Shown here: one piece after another, positions 33,603-39,434 of the stretch
How the letters are laid out: each line of letters begins with the position of its first letter
Numbering within the stretch: position 1 is the first letter of the stretch
Position numbers and translations under genes: made by a program
Assembly: GCA_022813965.1 (NCBI GenBank)
Contig: JALDZS010000076.1
Location: 62,001-101,434 of the forward strand
From: Toensbergia leucococca
Lineage: Eukaryota
Length of the DNA stretch: 39,434 nt
Direction: 5' to 3'
Notes under the pieces: model-generated
What the model saw: the letters and a program-made list of their open reading frames with translations, nothing else
Database searches by the model: none
What the model was told of the DNA's origin: nothing

Positions 33603-34791
33603 TCATCTTCTGTTCAATAGGCTTAGAAACTCTTCCCTCGTTTTGGCACTGGATCTCATGCATCCTAGCATACAGCTAGTGGTTGTTGTAGCTCCTGTTT
33701 TTTGGATTCCTCTCATAACCATACACAAATGACTTGACTCCATGACGACAGCCACACCCTTTTGTCACAATTAGCTAGTTTTGATAGAATGACATGTTCC
33801 ATTTGGAGATTGGGTGACTTGCCTTTGGCTTCAAGACATCGCTAACAGCGAGGGCAACTTGCTTCGTCAGTCGTTCCTGTACTTGGAGTCTTCGGGAAAA
33901 CATCTCTGCGAGGCGCGCCAATTTTGAGAGTCCCAAGACCCGGCGATTAGGGATGTAACCTATATGCATCTACATGGAGAGTAGGCGTAAGAATAGAATA
34001 TTAGGTTGAATGATACTGGCCAGAGAGACTCACTTTGCCCGTAAATGGAACCATATGGTGTTCGCAGAGCGAGAAGACTTCAATATCTTTTACAATTACC
34101 AGCTCATCATGGTCCTCATGGAAAACAGCTCCATTGACAAGATCTCGCACATTTTCCTCGTAGCCTTTGGTGAAGAAGAGCATAGCTTTAGCATACCGTT
34201 CCGGTGTTCCTCGAAGCCCCTCGCGTTCAGGATCCTCGCCAATGCATTCGAGTATTGTCTTGACTGCACCTTCCAGTTTCTGTAGTCGCTCTACTGATTG
34301 CTCTGGGGTAGCTTCCAGTCGTTCTCTAGTACCGAGACCTAACGGGAACAAATCAGCCGCGTAAGTCATGAAGTTTTGAATTGTTACTCACTTGGCCAAC
34401 TCAGGCCGTCGAAATCTATCGGCGGATTCAAAGTATAGGGACTCTCTGGCCGGTTGCTAGTCGGGTGTATAGGAGGAGACGCCTTATCTCTGGGATCTCT
34501 AGCAGAAGATCCACCGAGAAGCGCCTGCTGGTGAGGATATATCGGTGTGTGAGGAACACGTTCATAAGAGTCTGATCCATCGCTTACAGATTGAGGCTCT
34601 GTGGATTCTTGAGGATCCCAATTGGAGGAACGTGATTCGAAATGCTGTGGGTGATGGTTTGCATTTTCTATGGATGCTATAGATGTACTATTCTCTTTAG
34701 CATTGACAGAATGATGCAGTGGCGAGGCCCCATTGAGGAGGTGCGAAGGTAGTGCAGATTTCTTTTTTGGTCCCAGCGGCGGTGAGTTCAT
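33603..34791 (-). CDS. FOL2: GTP cyclohydrolase I; 4 exons, last intron GC-AG
   Basis: [81 protein letters not shown]...[12 protein letters not shown] (TGA 33605-33603). Confidence 0.96.
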
Positions 34792-35051
34792 AGTAGCGTT
34801 CTACTTTAATCTGTTGCGGTAGATGAAGATATGCCAGATTCCATGATTCTCAAATCTGCCATTTTCTTATTGCGGTCGAGAGTCTATCCAGCTAAAGTAC
34901 ATGGGAAAAGTTTTTGACAAAGTTATGACATGAGTTTCAAGATCACGGTGCTGCCCGGCCACTAATATGCCAACCAATATCCTCAAAGCGCCCATGCTGA
35001 AAAAATTTGCGAACAAGAACCACTCAGACCACTGCTCTTCTGTTGTCCTGT

Positions 35052-36685
<1,634 letters not shown>

Positions 36686-37100
36686 CTACTCTTTTAGGGT
36701 GTGCTCATACATTGCCCGATTATCCTTCAAGAGTACCACAGTATCCGTATCTGTAAATAAGGTACGCGATTTCTCCGCAGAAGCTTTCGCGTCATGATGC
36801 GACACAAGCTGGCGCTAGTGTTTATTACAGTTATACTACGAGACTACTCCGTATTTCGTTACACAGCCACAGCCTGCCTCGTACTGGACTCGGACCTTGA
36901 TCTCCTACTCGGACCTTGGATATCTGCATCTCCAGAAAACCCGAGCTAGAACAGCTTCGAGACTAAATTAGTTGACGAGGACGGGAAGAAATTGCTGACC
37001 GGTATTCTGCCCGTACCGCGAGCACCTAATTATCAGTTTTACTGAACAGTCCTCCCAGATCGCATCGCGACCTCTCCGACAGCACCTCAATAAGATCACC

Positions 37101-39434
37101 ATGGGTGTCCCAAAGTTTTTCCGATGGATGAGCGAGAGATATCCAGCCATATCACAACTCGTTTCGGAGAATCGGATACCCGAGTTCGACTGTCTGTACC
37201 TTGACATGAATGGTATCATCCACAATTGCACTCACAATGACTCGGATTCGCCAACATTTCGGATGACCGAGGACAAAATGTTCATCGCCATCTTCAACTA
37301 CATCGAACACTTGTTCGGAAAGGCTCGTTCACCGTATTGAACCGAGTTGCAGCGATGCTCAATTTATTAATCCTCATGTATAGATTCATCCTCAGCAGCT
37401 TTTGTTTATGGCGATTGACGGTGTAGCGCCCCGCGCAAAAATGAACCAGCAGAGAGCCAGACGGTTCAGGACCGCACTCGATGCAGAAAACGCGAAAGAA
37501 AAGGCAATCCGTGATGGTGTTGAGATGCCTACAGAAGATGCTTTTGACAGCAACTGTATTACTCCTGGTAATTAACTTTCAGACTTCCACGACTGGAGCG
37601 AGCGGAGACTTATGAGGATAGGGACTGGATTTATGGCCAAGTTAACACAGCAACTGAAATACTTCGTGAATAAGAAAATATCTGAGGATGTTGATTGGCA
37701 AGGCGTCGATATTGTTCTCTCAGGTCATGAAGTGCCGGGAGAGGGAGAACACAAAATTATGGAGTACATCAGGCTTGCAAAGGCTCAGCCGAATTATGAC
37801 CCTAACAAGAGGCATTGCTTATATGGTCTTGATGCAGACCTTATAATGCTAGGTCTTCTCAGCCATGACCCGCATTTCTGTCTGCTAAGAGAAGAGGTCA
37901 CGTTCGGCCGACAGAATCAGAAAAAATCAAAGGAGTTAGAACATCAGAATTTCTATCTAATGCACTTGTGCATTGTAAGGGAATATCTAGAATTGGAATT
38001 TCAGGAGTTAAAGGAACCGGCGACCTTGGATTTTCCTTTCAATATGGAGCGGGTAATTGATGATTTCATCCTCATGGCGTTCTTTGTGGGTAACGACTTT
38101 TTACCAAATCTTCCAAATCTGCATATAAATGAGGGTGCCCTTGCGCTCATGTTCAAAGTGTACAAAGCTGTACTACCAAAGGCTGGAGGTTACATTAACG
38201 ACGGCGGCGTTATCGAACTTACGCGGCTAGCGCTTCTATTAGAAGAGTTGGCCGACGTTGAATATCGCTTTTTTGAAGCCGACAACGCCGATGCGAGTTG
38301 GTTCAAAGGGAAGCAGTTGGGCAAAGTGGATGTAATGGAGAAAGGAAAGAAGAGAGGCCAATTGTTGATGTCGTCTCCACAGAAAGATATCTTTAAGCTT
38401 GTCAAGAAATACGTCAATACGCGGTCCTTCGACATTGCTGGTCAGCAGAAGTCATTGGACCTTCCGTCAACTTTGAATGCAGGGGATAGAAAATTTGTTG
38501 AAGAATTGGCTGAAGACCTTCATTTGCAATGGAATACTGTAGAGAATGATGAAGGGCGAAGGCATCTGCGTCTAAACTTTCCACAGAATCTCAAAGGCGA
38601 CCAAGACGACGAGGAGGAAGAGGAAGAAGAGGCGCAGCTAGCTCTGCTTCGCGTCTTCAAACGATATGATAATGCTAAAATTGTTGATGTCAGCCCTGAA
38701 CAGGTTCAAGCGGACATGAATAAGAAGTACGAGGAAAAGTTCCGTGGATGGAAAGATAAATACTATCAAAGCAAATTTGATTGGGGTCTGGAGAACGAAG
38801 ACGAGATGCGAAAGCTGACCGAGAATTATGTTCAAGGCTTACAATGGGTATTGTTCTACTACTACCGCGGGGTGGCATCGTGGCCATGGTTCTATGGCTA
38901 TCACTATTCTCCCATGATTTCAGGTGATCTCTTTAACTCAACGGCAATACGCTCATGCTAAGGTATCGCAGATGTCAAACTTGGTTTAAATGCAGATATG
39001 AACTTTCAGCTTGGTCAACCTTTCCGACCGTATCAGCAGCTGATGGGAGTTTTGCCTGATCGCAGCAAGACCATCGTACCGACCCCATATCACGACCTCA
39101 TGACGAATCCTGACTCCCCTATATTTGACTTCTATCCTCGGGACTTCGAACTAGACATGAATGGAAAGAAAATGGAATGGGAAGCAGTCGTGAAGATACC
39201 CTTCATTGATGAGGAGCGTTTACTGAAAGCGATGAGGACAAGAGAGCATCTTTTGTCCGACGAGGAGAAATCCAGGAATGACTTTGGGGTGACATTGAAA
39301 TTCACATACTCTCCAGATGTGGAGTTTATATACCCTTCTTCCATGGTCGGCATCTTTCCAGATCTTCCGCACTGTCACTGCACAGAAAACATTTTTGATC
39401 TTCCTACAATGGATGGATTGGATATATACGTTGG
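37101..39434 (+). CDS. XRN1: 5'-3' exoribonuclease 1, runs off the window
   Basis: [78 protein letters not shown]; the ERYP start and SHDPHF are Xrn1-type rather than Rat1-type. Confidence 0.95.

Overview
Intron-containing genomic DNA from a filamentous ascomycete (Pezizomycotina, inferred from short GT/GC-AG introns with CTRAC-type branch points and the gene content). Recognisable genes in order: HAPSTR1/TAPR1-like protein (5' truncated), DUF4536/DMAC1-like small membrane protein, AP-3 mu subunit, HAD hydrolase, mitoribosomal mS35/Rsm24, a large orphan protein, a mitochondrial PDK/BCKDK-family kinase, USP7/Ubp15, a p24 cargo receptor, CTD kinase Ctk1, a frameshifted DUF3669-type kinase-like gene, an F-box-like hypothetical protein, GTP cyclohydrolase I, Hat2/RbAp48 WD40 protein and Xrn1 (3' truncated). 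The most interesting item is one the ORF track misses almost entirely: a 4-exon gene (9028-8408, minus strand, with a 13-nt micro-exon) for a 145-aa secreted precursor. Kex2-type sites would cut it into several peptides, including a 33-aa six-cysteine peptide with a spacing I do not recognise and a 32-aa acidic Pro/Gly-rich peptide. Also notable: a 630-bp TA-flanked TIR element with internal 60-bp repeats next to the RSM24 start, a second older decayed inverted-repeat element, strong C-rich to G-rich strand-skew blocks running through three genes, two GC-AG introns (one with the atypical donor GCTCGT), and several uORFs at or overlapping start codons. All family calls come from motif recognition by eye; no database search was run.
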